From NCBI GenBank assembly GCA_964447075.1, contig CAYUQY010000001.1, positions 41,202-105,201 of the forward strand: a stretch of 64,000 bases of DNA, written 5' to 3'. The notes under the pieces are model-generated. The model had not been told where the DNA came from. It saw only the letters and a program-made list of their open reading frames with translations, and ran no database searches. Position 1 is the stretch's first letter. Each line of letters opens with the position of its first letter. Positions 46,525 to 56,141 of this stretch are shown one piece after another. The position numbers and the translations under genes are program-made. Source of the stretch: an uncultured Pseudomonadales bacterium. Its GTDB lineage: Bacteria > Patescibacteriota > Microgenomatia > UBA1400 > PJMF01.

Positions 46525-48031
46525 AAAATACTTGCTGCCTATACTGTAATGCCTCTGCGATGTGGTTCTCTGTAATTTCATCGTTCTCAGCTAGGTCAGC
46601 TACTGTCCTAGCCACTTTTATTACCTTGTAGTAGCCTCTCACTGAGAGCTGCAACTTGGCACCAGCTTTTTTGAGAAGTGTGTCTGCTTTGAATGTTAAA
46701 GGGCAGAACTCCCCTATTTGTAGGTTGGATATGTTTGAGTTTGTGGTGTTTGGTGATGTTTTGTATCTCTGTTTTTGACGTAATCGAGCTTGAAGAACTT
46801 GGTTTAGAAGTACTTCAGATTCTGGTGCTTTTTTTTGGTTAGGTTGAATCAAGTCTAGAGGTACTTCACGAACCCTGATGCAGATATCGATCCTGTCGAG
46901 AAGGGGTCCAGAGAGTTTTTTTTGATAAGCAATCATAGTCATGGGACTACAACTGCAACGATGAATGAGCGATCCTGAGTGACCGCATGGACAAGGATTG
47001 GTGGCAGCTACTAAGGTGAAAGAGGCAGGGTATGAGGCGCTACCTATAGCTCTGGAGATAGTGATGGAACCAGTTTCCATAGGCTGTCTGAGTGACTCTA
47101 GGCATGATTTTGGAAACTCAAGTAACTCATCTAAGAATAGTACCCCTCTGTGAGCGAGTGATATTTCTCCCGGCTTGAGTTGAGCACCTCCTCCAATCAA
47201 GCCTACTTGTGAAGTGGTGTGATGAGGGCTGCGAAAGGGTCTGATTTTTATCAGTGACTGTGAAAGGCCCGCAATTGAGTAAATAGTAGTTACCTCTAAA
47301 GACTCCTGTTCCTCAAGTGGTGGGAGAATAGAAACTAGGGCTTGAGCCAACATGCTTTTTCCAGATCCAGGACTACCAGAAAGTAAGACGTTGTGGCCAC
47401 CAGCTGCTGCCAGCACTAAAGCCCTTTTTGCATGTGACTGACCAGTGATGTCGGCAAAATCAATTGAAGCTGTCAATGATTTTTGAGCAGTGTATGGACT
47501 GGAAACATGTTTGGGAAGCGGTTTGTCCAAGCGGTCAAAGTCGAGGTATTCTTGGAGATGAGAGATAGGGTGAATGTCGATACCCGTAATGGTGTTGAGC
47601 TCCGCTTCATTATCGATGGGAACAACTACGCGAGCTATACCTTGTGATCTGGCAAAAATGACCAGAGGCAAGCAACCCCTTATGTGACTAACTTTTCCAG
47701 TCAGAGAAAGTTCGCCAAAAAACATTGTTTGTGAAGTGTCGCGTTTGAGCTCTCCATACATCTTTAAAACTCCCACAGCTATAGCCAAGTCAAAGCCAGA
47801 TCCATGCTTAGGCACATCAGCTGGAGCTAGATTGACAACTGTTCGTTGGGGTCGAATGCGGATGGAGCAGTTTTGGATGGCTGAGGTTATTCTTTCCTTA
47901 GCTTCATCAACTGATTTGGAAGGTAGACCGATGACTATCAAGCAAGGTGTCCCACGACTGCCGTCTACCTCTACTACAATGGGTAGAGGTAGCAAGCCTA
48001 CGACTGTAGCTGTTTTGACTGATGCCAACAC
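46517..48031 (-). CDS. comM: YifB/ComM Mg-chelatase-like AAA+ ATPase
   Basis: VNLAPAD, GSPGSGKS, FRSPHH, PGEISLAHRGVLFLDE, NPCPCG, SGPLLDRID. Confidence 0.93.
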   Translation of the reverse strand: MLASVKTATVVGLLPLPIVVEVDGSRGTPCLIVIGLPSKSVDEAKERITSAIQNCSIRIRPQRTVVNLAPADVPKHGSGFDLAIAVGVLKMYGELKRDTSQTMFFGELSLTGKVSHIRGCLPLVIFARSQGIARVVVPIDNEAELNTITGIDIHPISHLQEYLDFDRLDKPLPKHVSSPYTAQKSLTASIDFADITGQSHAKRALVLAAAGGHNVLLSGSPGSGKSMLAQALVSILPPLEEQESLEVTTIYSIAGLSQSLIKIRPFRSPHHTTSQVGLIGGGAQLKPGEISLAHRGVLFLDELLEFPKSCLESLRQPMETGSITISRAIGSASYPASFTLVAATNPCPCGHSGSLIHRCSCSPMTMIAYQKKLSGPLLDRIDICIRVREVPLDLIQPNQKKAPESEVLLNQVLQARLRQKQRYKTSPNTTNSNISNLQIGEFCPLTFKADTLLKKAGAKLQLSVRGYYKVIKVARTVADLAENDEITENHIAEALQYRQQVFSI

Positions 48032-48189
48032 AACTAGACTTGTATCACATGATTATTTAAAAAAGCGTAGAAAATAATTAACTGGGTAGAACAAGATACT
48101 TCTCCCAAACCAGCCGTTACATTCTTAACATGTACGATCAGTCATTATATTTGTGAATAGTATTTGAGTTGTGAAAAATCTATCAAGAA

Positions 48190-49233
48190 CTACTCTATAA
48201 GAACTGCTTGTTCCACCAGTCTATGACAGTAGCCCCATTCATTGTCATACCAGGCTACAACTTTGACCAAATCACCATCAACTACCTGTGTCAGCGAGAG
48301 GTCAACAATAGCCGACTCGCTGCGGCCTACGATATCTCTTGAGACAAGTGGTTCTGATGTGACAGCAAGAACACCTTGCCATCTAGGTGTGAGAGCAGCT
48401 TGTGAGAAGCTGGCATTAACTTCTTTGACAGTAGTAGGTCGAGCGGTCACAAAAACCATATCACTTAGCGAACCAACAGGTGTGGGGACTCTTATTGCCA
48501 AGCCATCGAAAAGGCCTTTGAGTTCTGGAATCACTTCACTCACAGCTGTTGCAGCTCCTGTGGAAGTGGGCACAATGTTCTCTGCTGCGGCTCTTGACCT
48601 GCGCATGTCCTTATGTGAGTTGTCGTGGAGATTTTGATCATCTGTGTAGGAGTGAATCGTGGTCATCATAGCTTTTTTGACACCAAAGGTAGAGTGCATA
48701 ATAGCTGCTACAGGTGCGACACAGTTGGTTGTGCAGGAGGCATTTGAGATGACAGAGCCACTTGGGGCATGACTGGAGACAGACCTGACATTGGTTGAGA
48801 TCTCACCGCCCTTAGCAGGAGCAGAGATAATTACGTGCTGAGCACCAGACTGTAGATGAAGTGAAGCTTTTTCAAAGGATGTAAAAGCTCCAGTTGACTC
48901 GATGACAGTTTGAACTTGGTGAGCTCTCCAGGGAATTTTGCTGGGGTCTCTCTGAGCAGTAACCATAATCTTGCGGTCTCCAATGTAGAGCTCGCCCAAA
49001 ACTGGATTTTGATCACTACAGTTTTTATTGCTTTGAAGTTGGGTGAAAGATATTTCGGCAGTAAATGGTCCATAATTTGAGTCGTACTTAAGTAAGTGTA
49101 CCCAGTCGCCTATAGGCATTGATCCAGAGGTGTTGATGAGTTTGAGCTCTACGTGATCGCGATATTTTTGCCACCAGACTCTAAATGAGGTTCGACCGAT
49201 GCGTCCAAAACCGTTGATGCCAAATGTTTTCAT
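48190..49233 (-). CDS. gap: Type I glyceraldehyde-3-phosphate dehydrogenase
   Basis: GINGFGRIGR, ASCTTNC, WYDNEWGY; start moved to MKTFG. Confidence 0.97.
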   Translation of the reverse strand: MKTFGINGFGRIGRTSFRVWWQKYRDHVELKLINTSGSMPIGDWVHLLKYDSNYGPFTAEISFTQLQSNKNCSDQNPVLGELYIGDRKIMVTAQRDPSKIPWRAHQVQTVIESTGAFTSFEKASLHLQSGAQHVIISAPAKGGEISTNVRSVSSHAPSGSVISNASCTTNCVAPVAAIMHSTFGVKKAMMTTIHSYTDDQNLHDNSHKDMRRSRAAAENIVPTSTGAATAVSEVIPELKGLFDGLAIRVPTPVGSLSDMVFVTARPTTVKEVNASFSQAALTPRWQGVLAVTSEPLVSRDIVGRSESAIVDLSLTQVVDGDLVKVVAWYDNEWGYCHRLVEQAVLIE

Positions 49234-49358
49234 GACGTTTAGGATACACTTTCCGCAAAAGAAAGACAAAAGAAATTTTTTAATCTGTAGCTGCTCCACC
49301 AACCACCAACCTACCATATTTACACAATGGCCAACCATTGATAGATTGGAAGAGGCTG

Positions 49359-50378
49359 CTAAGGTTTAAGCTTAGACTCGTCTGCAGCTTCGATAGCTGG
49401 TAGTGATTTATGAGCTAGATAGTACAACAAAGCTCCTCCTCCACTACTTACATAGGAGAAAAGTTTTTTTTGCTCAGGGAGTAAGCTACTCACAGCAGCT
49501 TCAGTGTCTCCCCCACCCATGACTTTATAACCACCACACCTTTCTATTGCTGCTATAACACTTTTTGTGCCCTCTGCATGTTTACCATCCTCGTAGTAGC
49601 CCATTGGTCCATTCCAGACTAGTGTTTTGGCTTCGACAATGAATCTCTCAAACTGGAGCGCTGTGTCAGGTGAGATATCCAAGCCATCTTCTGTTAGTTT
49701 TCCAATGATCATTCGGCGCGACTTGATGCCTCTAGCTACTGCTTCTGAGGCTAGTTTTCCTCCTAAGAGAATGACCTCGACTTGGCTCTCCATTTTTTGA
49801 AGTAACTCTAACTTTGTGTCAACTTTTGCTCCACCAAGAACAAGAATAAAAGGCCTTTTAGCTGGATGTATAAGCTTATTCATCACTGTCATTTCTTCTT
49901 CAAAACGCAAGCCAAAAAGAGTAGGTAGGACTTTAGGCAAAGTAGTGATGGATGTATGACGTCGATGAGATGTGGCAAAAGCATCGTTGACGAAAAGATC
50001 GAATCCTTTGGCAAGCTCAGTAGCAAACTCCAGACTTTCTGTCTCTTCGCGTGGATCGAATCGCAGATTCTCTCGCACATCTAGCCACTCAGTGAGTTGA
50101 TTGGAAGAACACTTGGCAAATGCTTTTTGTTCGCCAAGAAATATATACATTTTTTTGGCAATACTTTCTAAACTGTCAACTTTTGTAGAGAGATTGTGGT
50201 GACCATGATGAGCAATTACTGTGACGTGTGAAGCCTTGTTTTTCCAGAGGTAGGCAAGCGTAGGTAGGGCATCCTGCATTCTGGTTAGGTCAAACACTTT
50301 TTTGACAAGTGGTAGATCGAGATCTAAACGCAGTAGAACGCTTTTTCCTGATGGATTAAATGATGAGAGATAGTTCAT
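49359..50378 (-). CDS. pgk: Phosphoglycerate kinase (shortened)
   Basis: ENLRF, VNDAFATSHR, LGGAKV, WNGPMG, GGGDT, SSGGGA. Confidence 0.9.
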   Translation of the reverse strand: MNYLSSFNPSGKSVLLRLDLDLPLVKKVFDLTRMQDALPTLAYLWKNKASHVTVIAHHGHHNLSTKVDSLESIAKKMYIFLGEQKAFAKCSSNQLTEWLDVRENLRFDPREETESLEFATELAKGFDLFVNDAFATSHRRHTSITTLPKVLPTLFGLRFEEEMTVMNKLIHPAKRPFILVLGGAKVDTKLELLQKMESQVEVILLGGKLASEAVARGIKSRRMIIGKLTEDGLDISPDTALQFERFIVEAKTLVWNGPMGYYEDGKHAEGTKSVIAAIERCGGYKVMGGGDTEAAVSSLLPEQKKLFSYVSSGGGALLYYLAHKSLPAIEAADESKLKP

Positions 50379-50478
50379 AATTTTTTTTAGACAGCAACTG
50401 CTGAAGTTTTATAAAATAATCTATTTAGTTTGTTTGGAAGAAATATGATATTTAGCCAAACCATAGTAATTATTCAGC

Positions 50479-51222
50479 TTAATGAAGTTCTGTTTTGACA
50501 TCATTGCTAACATAGGTACCGACATCTTCACCTCTGACAGCTTTCTGCAAATTGTCATGATCAAAGAGTTTGAAGACCATGACCGGCATGTTATTTTCTC
50601 GACACATGGCTATTGCGGCGGTGTCCATAACTTCTACACCAGTGCTGATGGCATCTGCAAAAGACAGAGTTTTGTATCTTTTGGCTTCTGGAAACTTGGC
50701 AGGATCTTTTTCGTAGATTCCGTTGACTTTAGTGGCTTTCATAAATACGTTACAGTGAAGCTCTAGAGCATGGAGTGCAGCTCCAGTGTCTGTAGTGACG
50801 TAAGGAACTCCGGTGCCTGCAGCAAGTATGACTACTCGACCTTTTTCCATGTGTCTGATAGCTTTACGTCGAATAAAACTTTCAGCTACGGCAGGCATTT
50901 GCAAGGCTGACTGAACTCTACTAGGCACGCCTACTTTCTCAAGCGCGTCTTGCAAGGCTAAGCCATTCATGACCGTAGCTAGCATACCCATGTAGTCAGC
51001 CGTTGCTCTCTCTATGCCATTTTTTGAGCCAGCTAGACCTCTAAAGATATTACCCCCACCGATCACAACAGCTACTTGTGCTCCCTCTGAGTGAGCTTCT
51101 TGGATGCGACGAGCAACTGTCAAAGCCGCTTGAGGATCTATACCGTACTCACGGTCTCCAAGGAGTGACTCTCCACCTACTTTTAGCATAATACGTGCAA
51201 AGCGAGGTTTTAACATAGTCAT
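50479..51222 (-). CDS. pyrH: UMP kinase
   Basis: LKVGGE, VIGGGNIFRG, DYMGMLAT, TTDT. Confidence 0.97.
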   Translation of the reverse strand: MTMLKPRFARIMLKVGGESLLGDREYGIDPQAALTVARRIQEAHSEGAQVAVVIGGGNIFRGLAGSKNGIERATADYMGMLATVMNGLALQDALEKVGVPSRVQSALQMPAVAESFIRRKAIRHMEKGRVVILAAGTGVPYVTTDTGAALHALELHCNVFMKATKVNGIYEKDPAKFPEAKRYKTLSFADAISTGVEVMDTAAIAMCRENNMPVMVFKLFDHDNLQKAVRGEDVGTYVSNDVKTELH

Positions 51223-51254
51223 TCCCTTTCTTATTTAGTCCATGGAGCTACGAA

Positions 51255-51719
51255 TTATTTATTATCTGTTCTTAAGTTGTTAATTTTTTCGAGCACTTGG
51301 TTCTCTACATGAAGCTCTTTTTTTTGATAGTTCACAAGTTTTTCTAAGATCACGGTTTGCTGAAGATTTATTTTTTCTACTTGATCTACTGTGTGTTTCA
51401 TTAGCGTAATATGCTTACGCAGCTCTCGCTCGGCCCTATTGGCAGCAGCAGCTACAAGAAAGCCTATATACAGCTCTGCCAAAGTGGTGATGGTGTTGAG
51501 TGGAAAGTTCCAGGCATTGGAGGTAAACCATTCTGGTAGGAAGCCTCCCTGAATAAAGAGATTTTGTTGAGTGAATCCGAGGAAAAACCAGATGAAGACG
51601 GCTAGTATCCAGAAAATAATATTGGTAGGTGTGCCCATTCCAAAACTAACGGCATCAGCTAGTTTTAAAAATTTTTTATCTAAAGGTGAGAGATTTTTTT
51701 CAGGTGTGTCTAGACTCAT
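51255..51719 (-). CDS. Small membrane protein, DUF1003 / low-affinity iron permease-like
   Basis: ADAVSFGMGTP, LNTITT, ANR followed by a coiled coil. Confidence 0.6.
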   Translation of the reverse strand: MSLDTPEKNLSPLDKKFLKLADAVSFGMGTPTNIIFWILAVFIWFFLGFTQQNLFIQGGFLPEWFTSNAWNFPLNTITTLAELYIGFLVAAAANRAERELRKHITLMKHTVDQVEKINLQQTVILEKLVNYQKKELHVENQVLEKINNLRTDNK

Positions 51720-51780
51720 GGGCGACTTTTTTATTAAATCCTGTGCAGTGAATATATATCATATTTACAAATATGCCATC

Positions 51781-52812
51781 TCAAAGATGAAATTTAGCTT
51801 TTAGCTTCAAAAATTTCCAGCGATAAGTTTCGAGGAAGCGATAGAGTGGGTAAAGTGAGTGATTGATAACCAAATCATAAGTACCTAGAAACTCCATCAT
51901 GTCGCCACCATAGCCTTTTTTAAATCTGTGAAAGCCAAAAAAAGAATCACTTTCCTTGGCATCTGGCCCAAGACAGCCCCAAACATCAAAAAATTTACAG
52001 CCATTCTGTTTACCAAACTTGATCATTTCCCACATCATGAGGTTGCTGGGCATGGCTTCTCTACCTATCGTGCGTGAAGCTCCATAGGGATAGTACAGGA
52101 CGTCATTGATGATGAACATCACCCAGGAAACTAGTGGCTTACCATCCAAGACAGCATGGAAAATTCTGATTATGCCACTTTTGCCCATGACTTGCCAGAT
52201 ATTTCTAAAGTACTCAGGAGTGTGAGCATAGAAACCTTGACGCGAGGTAGTCTCCTGCAGAATAGAGATGTACTCTTCCATTCCTTGTTCTGATGTGTCT
52301 TCAACAATCTGGACTCCCTTGCGGAAGGCTAGATTTACGTTGTAGCGAGTTTTACTGTTCAGTCGGGAAAACAGAGCATCCTCGTCACCGCTCAAATCAA
52401 TAAAAAAAGTATGTTTGGCAAAGAATGGTCTTCCTGGCTCACAGCCATGGTCTCTGAGAAACTTGGAGATCTGTGCGTGCGCCGAAGGCTCCCCTACTTT
52501 GGCAGCTATATTTGGTTCAATTTTGACAAAAATAGCTTTGTGTTTTTTGGCTAGTTGGGTGAGGGTACTAAGTTGTTCTTCGTCCGGCATCATTCCTCTA
52601 GGAAAGTAGCCAATTGTGAAGCTAGTAAAAGGCAACTTATGAAAGAATACCTGATAAGCTTTTTTGAGAGTTTTTCCCTGAAAGAAACCAATCCGTTCTA
52701 CAGTGTGTCCGCTTTTTTGGCGAAACTCTCCCCACTCCCAAGATTGGACGGGGTGAGTGATTATTTGGTTGTAGAGAACACGTTGAGACTCATCGATGGG
52801 TCGAATAAGCAT
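51781..52812 (-). CDS. FemABX family peptidoglycan peptidyltransferase
   Basis: QSWEWGEF, KTRYNV, YPYGAS, FKKGYGG. Confidence 0.92.
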   Translation of the reverse strand: MLIRPIDESQRVLYNQIITHPVQSWEWGEFRQKSGHTVERIGFFQGKTLKKAYQVFFHKLPFTSFTIGYFPRGMMPDEEQLSTLTQLAKKHKAIFVKIEPNIAAKVGEPSAHAQISKFLRDHGCEPGRPFFAKHTFFIDLSGDEDALFSRLNSKTRYNVNLAFRKGVQIVEDTSEQGMEEYISILQETTSRQGFYAHTPEYFRNIWQVMGKSGIIRIFHAVLDGKPLVSWVMFIINDVLYYPYGASRTIGREAMPSNLMMWEMIKFGKQNGCKFFDVWGCLGPDAKESDSFFGFHRFKKGYGGDMMEFLGTYDLVINHSLYPLYRFLETYRWKFLKLKAKFHL

Positions 52813-52874
52813 AAGTTGCAGTACTGGAGCTCCAAAAATATGGGTAATCTCAGGCGAAAGTATACACTAATTTA

Positions 52875-54923
52875 CTACTGCTCTATGAAGGTGGCGATAT
52901 CTAGCTCGCCACTCAAGAGGTCATCAAGTACTCCTTCATCCAGTGGTACGTAGCGCCTAGAGTTACTTTGGGCTTGAACTTGGGCTTGAGATTGAGAATC
53001 AGACTTCTGGGACCTATTTTTATTTGCAGTACGGTTCGCAGTTCCTAGCTTAGAGTTATACCAGCTGGGAGAGTTTGCGCGTGAAGCAGCATAGCCAAAG
53101 TTGGAGTTTGTTTCATACAGGGTTGAGAGTTCTTTTGTGATTAATTTTTCTGGAATATCGCTCAAAAAACGGCTAGGAAGATTGGGGGTAATGCTTCCGT
53201 AAACCAGTCTTTTTCTAGCGTGAGAGAGATAAAGGTGGGTCTTAGCTCTGGTGATGCCTACATAACACAGCCGTCTTTCTTCCTCGAGTTGATCGTTATC
53301 TAGAAGTGACCTGGAGTGAGGTAACAAGCCTTCTTCCAGGCCTACCATAAAGACGATGGGAAACTCCAATCCTTTTGCAGAGTGAAGGCTCATCAAAGAT
53401 ACGACATTTTGGAGGTCCTTTTGAGGTGCGTCAGACATCTCTTCACTCTGGATCAAAGATACATTTTCTAAAAAGCTGGTAATTGAGTCAAATTGACTGG
53501 CCACGGCTAGGAGCTCAGATATGTTCTCTAGTCTACTGAGATCTTCACTATCGTGGGGGTCAAATCTTGCTTTGTACTTTGTTTGGTCGAGAATACTCTC
53601 TAAAGCAGGTGCAGGTGCAAGAGAGTTGGTTGGGACTTGATTGAGCTTTACCCAGGCAATAAAAGCTTCAAATTTTCTTTTGCCTATTTTGAGAACTCTC
53701 TCTTTTGCCAGCCGTTCATTTTCATTGAGACAGAGTCTTAAGTATGCCAAGAGATCCTTGATCTCTTTGCGGGCATAGAACTTTACTCCACCTACAATTC
53801 GATATGGAATGCCCTGACGTATGAAGGCTTCTTCAAAGGCTCTGGACTGAGCATTGGTGCGATAGAGAACAACCCTGTCACTGTAGTCGTACTCAAAATC
53901 TCGAGTCAAAATATACTGGGCGATTTTATTTGCCTCATCCTCACCACTACTTGCTTCGTAGAGAGTCAATGGTTCGTTCCCAGTTGATTCTGTCCAGAGG
54001 TTGAGAACGGGATGTGTGGTATTTTTAGAAATGACCTGAGTGGCTGCATCTAGTATAGTCTGAGTTGAGCGGTAGTTTTGTTCTAGACGATAGGTAGAGA
54101 GCGTAGGAAACTGGGTGGTCATCAACATCATGTTGCGGTAGTCAGCTCCTCTCCAGGCATAGATAGATTGTGAAAAATCGCCCACCACAAATAAATTATT
54201 TTGAGGCAAGCTGAGGAGCTTACTAAGTACATACTGGACTTTATTGGTGTCTTGATACTCGTCTATGAGGACATGGATAAACTGAGCTTGATACTGGTGT
54301 AAAACCTGTGGATAGTTCTGAAGTAGTTGGACAGTTTTTACTAGCAGATCATCGAAGTCTAGGGAGTGATTTTCATGTAGTTCATGTTGGTAGAGTGGAT
54401 AGACTTTAGTCACAAAACTAGCAAACGCTCCTCTAGCAGTTTGAGAGTATTCATCAGGATGGAGTAACTCATTTTTAGCATCAGAGATAGCAGACTTGAC
54501 AGCTCTTGGAATGAACTCCTTTTCATTCCAATTTTTTTGTTTGTAGAGGTTTTTAATAAGATCCAACTGATCATCACTATCCAGGATTATGAAGTTGGCT
54601 GGTATGCCCAGCAAATAGCCGTGTTTACGCAATATTTTGGCGCAGATTCTGTGAAAAGTACCAGCAAAAGGGAGAGATTGGTTGCTTAAATGAAGTAGTC
54701 GATCGGAAATCTCTTTAGCAGCTTTGTTGGTGAAGGTAACGAGTAGTAGACTCTCGGCTGGAATATTTCTTTCGGCCATTAGCCAAGCAGCTCTTGTAGT
54801 TAGAACTCTAGTCTTGCCGCTTCCTGCGCCTGCAAGGACCATAGCTGGGCCTGTCTCGTGAGTTATGGCTTGTTTTTGTTGCTCGTTGAGTCCGTCAAAG
54901 AGTAGTGATAATTTACTAGACAT
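52875..54923 (-). CDS. pcrA: UvrD/PcrA helicase
   Basis: LAGAGSGKT, DEYQDTN, LEQNYRS, HSAKGLEF, EERRLCYVGITRA; start placed at MSSKL. Confidence 0.95.
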   Translation of the reverse strand: MSSKLSLLFDGLNEQQKQAITHETGPAMVLAGAGSGKTRVLTTRAAWLMAERNIPAESLLLVTFTNKAAKEISDRLLHLSNQSLPFAGTFHRICAKILRKHGYLLGIPANFIILDSDDQLDLIKNLYKQKNWNEKEFIPRAVKSAISDAKNELLHPDEYSQTARGAFASFVTKVYPLYQHELHENHSLDFDDLLVKTVQLLQNYPQVLHQYQAQFIHVLIDEYQDTNKVQYVLSKLLSLPQNNLFVVGDFSQSIYAWRGADYRNMMLMTTQFPTLSTYRLEQNYRSTQTILDAATQVISKNTTHPVLNLWTESTGNEPLTLYEASSGEDEANKIAQYILTRDFEYDYSDRVVLYRTNAQSRAFEEAFIRQGIPYRIVGGVKFYARKEIKDLLAYLRLCLNENERLAKERVLKIGKRKFEAFIAWVKLNQVPTNSLAPAPALESILDQTKYKARFDPHDSEDLSRLENISELLAVASQFDSITSFLENVSLIQSEEMSDAPQKDLQNVVSLMSLHSAKGLEFPIVFMVGLEEGLLPHSRSLLDNDQLEEERRLCYVGITRAKTHLYLSHARKRLVYGSITPNLPSRFLSDIPEKLITKELSTLYETNSNFGYAASRANSPSWYNSKLGTANRTANKNRSQKSDSQSQAQVQAQSNSRRYVPLDEGVLDDLLSGELDIATFIEQ

Positions 54924-54947
54924 GTTTGTCATGTTAGCATACTCAAG

Positions 54948-56018
54948 ATGAAGCACAGCAAAGTAGCAATTATTGGATCAGGTCCAAGTGGGTACACGGC
55001 TGGAGTCTACGCAGGTAGAGCTGCTCTTTCTCCTCTATTATTTGCTGGAGAAAGTAGCGGCGGTCAGCTGATGAACACCACGGTGATAGAGAACTATCCA
55101 GGATTTCCGGATGGTAAGGATGGTCCTGAGCTGATGATGGCCATGCGGTCTCAAGCGGAAAAATTTGGAACAGTGGTTCAAGATATTTTTATAACTGCAG
55201 TTGATCTGTCGTCTAGGCCATTTCGCTTGTGGAGCAACTTACCTGATGATTTTGATGTTAGAAAGTTTGGGGCTGAGATGAGTTCAGATGAGAGCTTGGC
55301 TCTGAGAAAAAACATCATGTCTCAGCTAGCCTCTTATACTGCTGATAGTTTGATTTTGGCTCTGGGAGCTACTTCAAAGATGCTAAATGTGGAGGGTGAG
55401 CAACAATTTCTAGGTCGAGGAGTTAGTACTTGTGCTGTTTGTGACGCAGCTTTTTTTAGAGAAAAAACCACTGTCGTGGTGGGTGCAGGTGATACGGCTT
55501 GTGAGGATACACTGGCACTGACTAAGTTTGCCAAAAGCGTTTTACTCTTGGTTAGAAGTGACAAGATGAGAGCTAGCAAAGTTATGCAAGAGAGGGTCAA
55601 GAATCATCCCAAAGTGAAAGTGAGGTACTGGTCGAGTATTTCCCAGATTATGGGCGAGGGTGTCGTTAAGCAAGTAGTTATTAAAAATACTCAAGATAAT
55701 TCTCAAGAGACTTTGCAAGTGGATGGAGTTTTTATTGCCATTGGTCACTCCCCTATGACTCAGATTGTGTCTGGTCAGCTGGAGTTGGACTCACATCGCT
55801 TTATAGTGACACGTCAGAGTCCGTCGGCTCAGGGAGTGAAGATGGCGCAGACAGCTTTGAGTGATCTGGGTTTGGTTACTTTTCCGTCTATGACTTCTGT
55901 GGAAGGGGTTTTTGCAGCTGGTGACTGCGTAGATACTCGCTACTGGCAAGCCGTCACAGCAGCTGGCGCCGGCTGTATGGCTGCAATTGATGCTGAGAGA
56001 TGGTTGGAGAATAGGTAG
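54948..56018 (+). CDS. trxB: Thioredoxin-disulfide reductase
   Basis: GSGPSG, GGQL, ENYPGF, CAVCD, GVFAAGD. Confidence 0.95.
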   Translation: MKHSKVAIIGSGPSGYTAGVYAGRAALSPLLFAGESSGGQLMNTTVIENYPGFPDGKDGPELMMAMRSQAEKFGTVVQDIFITAVDLSSRPFRLWSNLPDDFDVRKFGAEMSSDESLALRKNIMSQLASYTADSLILALGATSKMLNVEGEQQFLGRGVSTCAVCDAAFFREKTTVVVGAGDTACEDTLALTKFAKSVLLLVRSDKMRASKVMQERVKNHPKVKVRYWSSISQIMGEGVVKQVVIKNTQDNSQETLQVDGVFIAIGHSPMTQIVSGQLELDSHRFIVTRQSPSAQGVKMAQTALSDLGLVTFPSMTSVEGVFAAGDCVDTRYWQAVTAAGAGCMAAIDAERWLENR

Positions 56019-56141
56019 TTATAGTGATTATTAAGTGAGTCTAAAGTACTCAATCCCCCTTGCATTGTGCCAAAATTTGTGTATGGTGTTGTGTAAGTAT
56101 TTTCAATATTTTTTAGTTTTCTTTTTGTAAGAAAGGATTTT

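Noticed and set aside
49359-50378. pgk as a pseudogene because it is short
   Set aside because: Frame is intact and the catalytic motifs are present, consistent with streamlining (as with tig, pheT and miaB)
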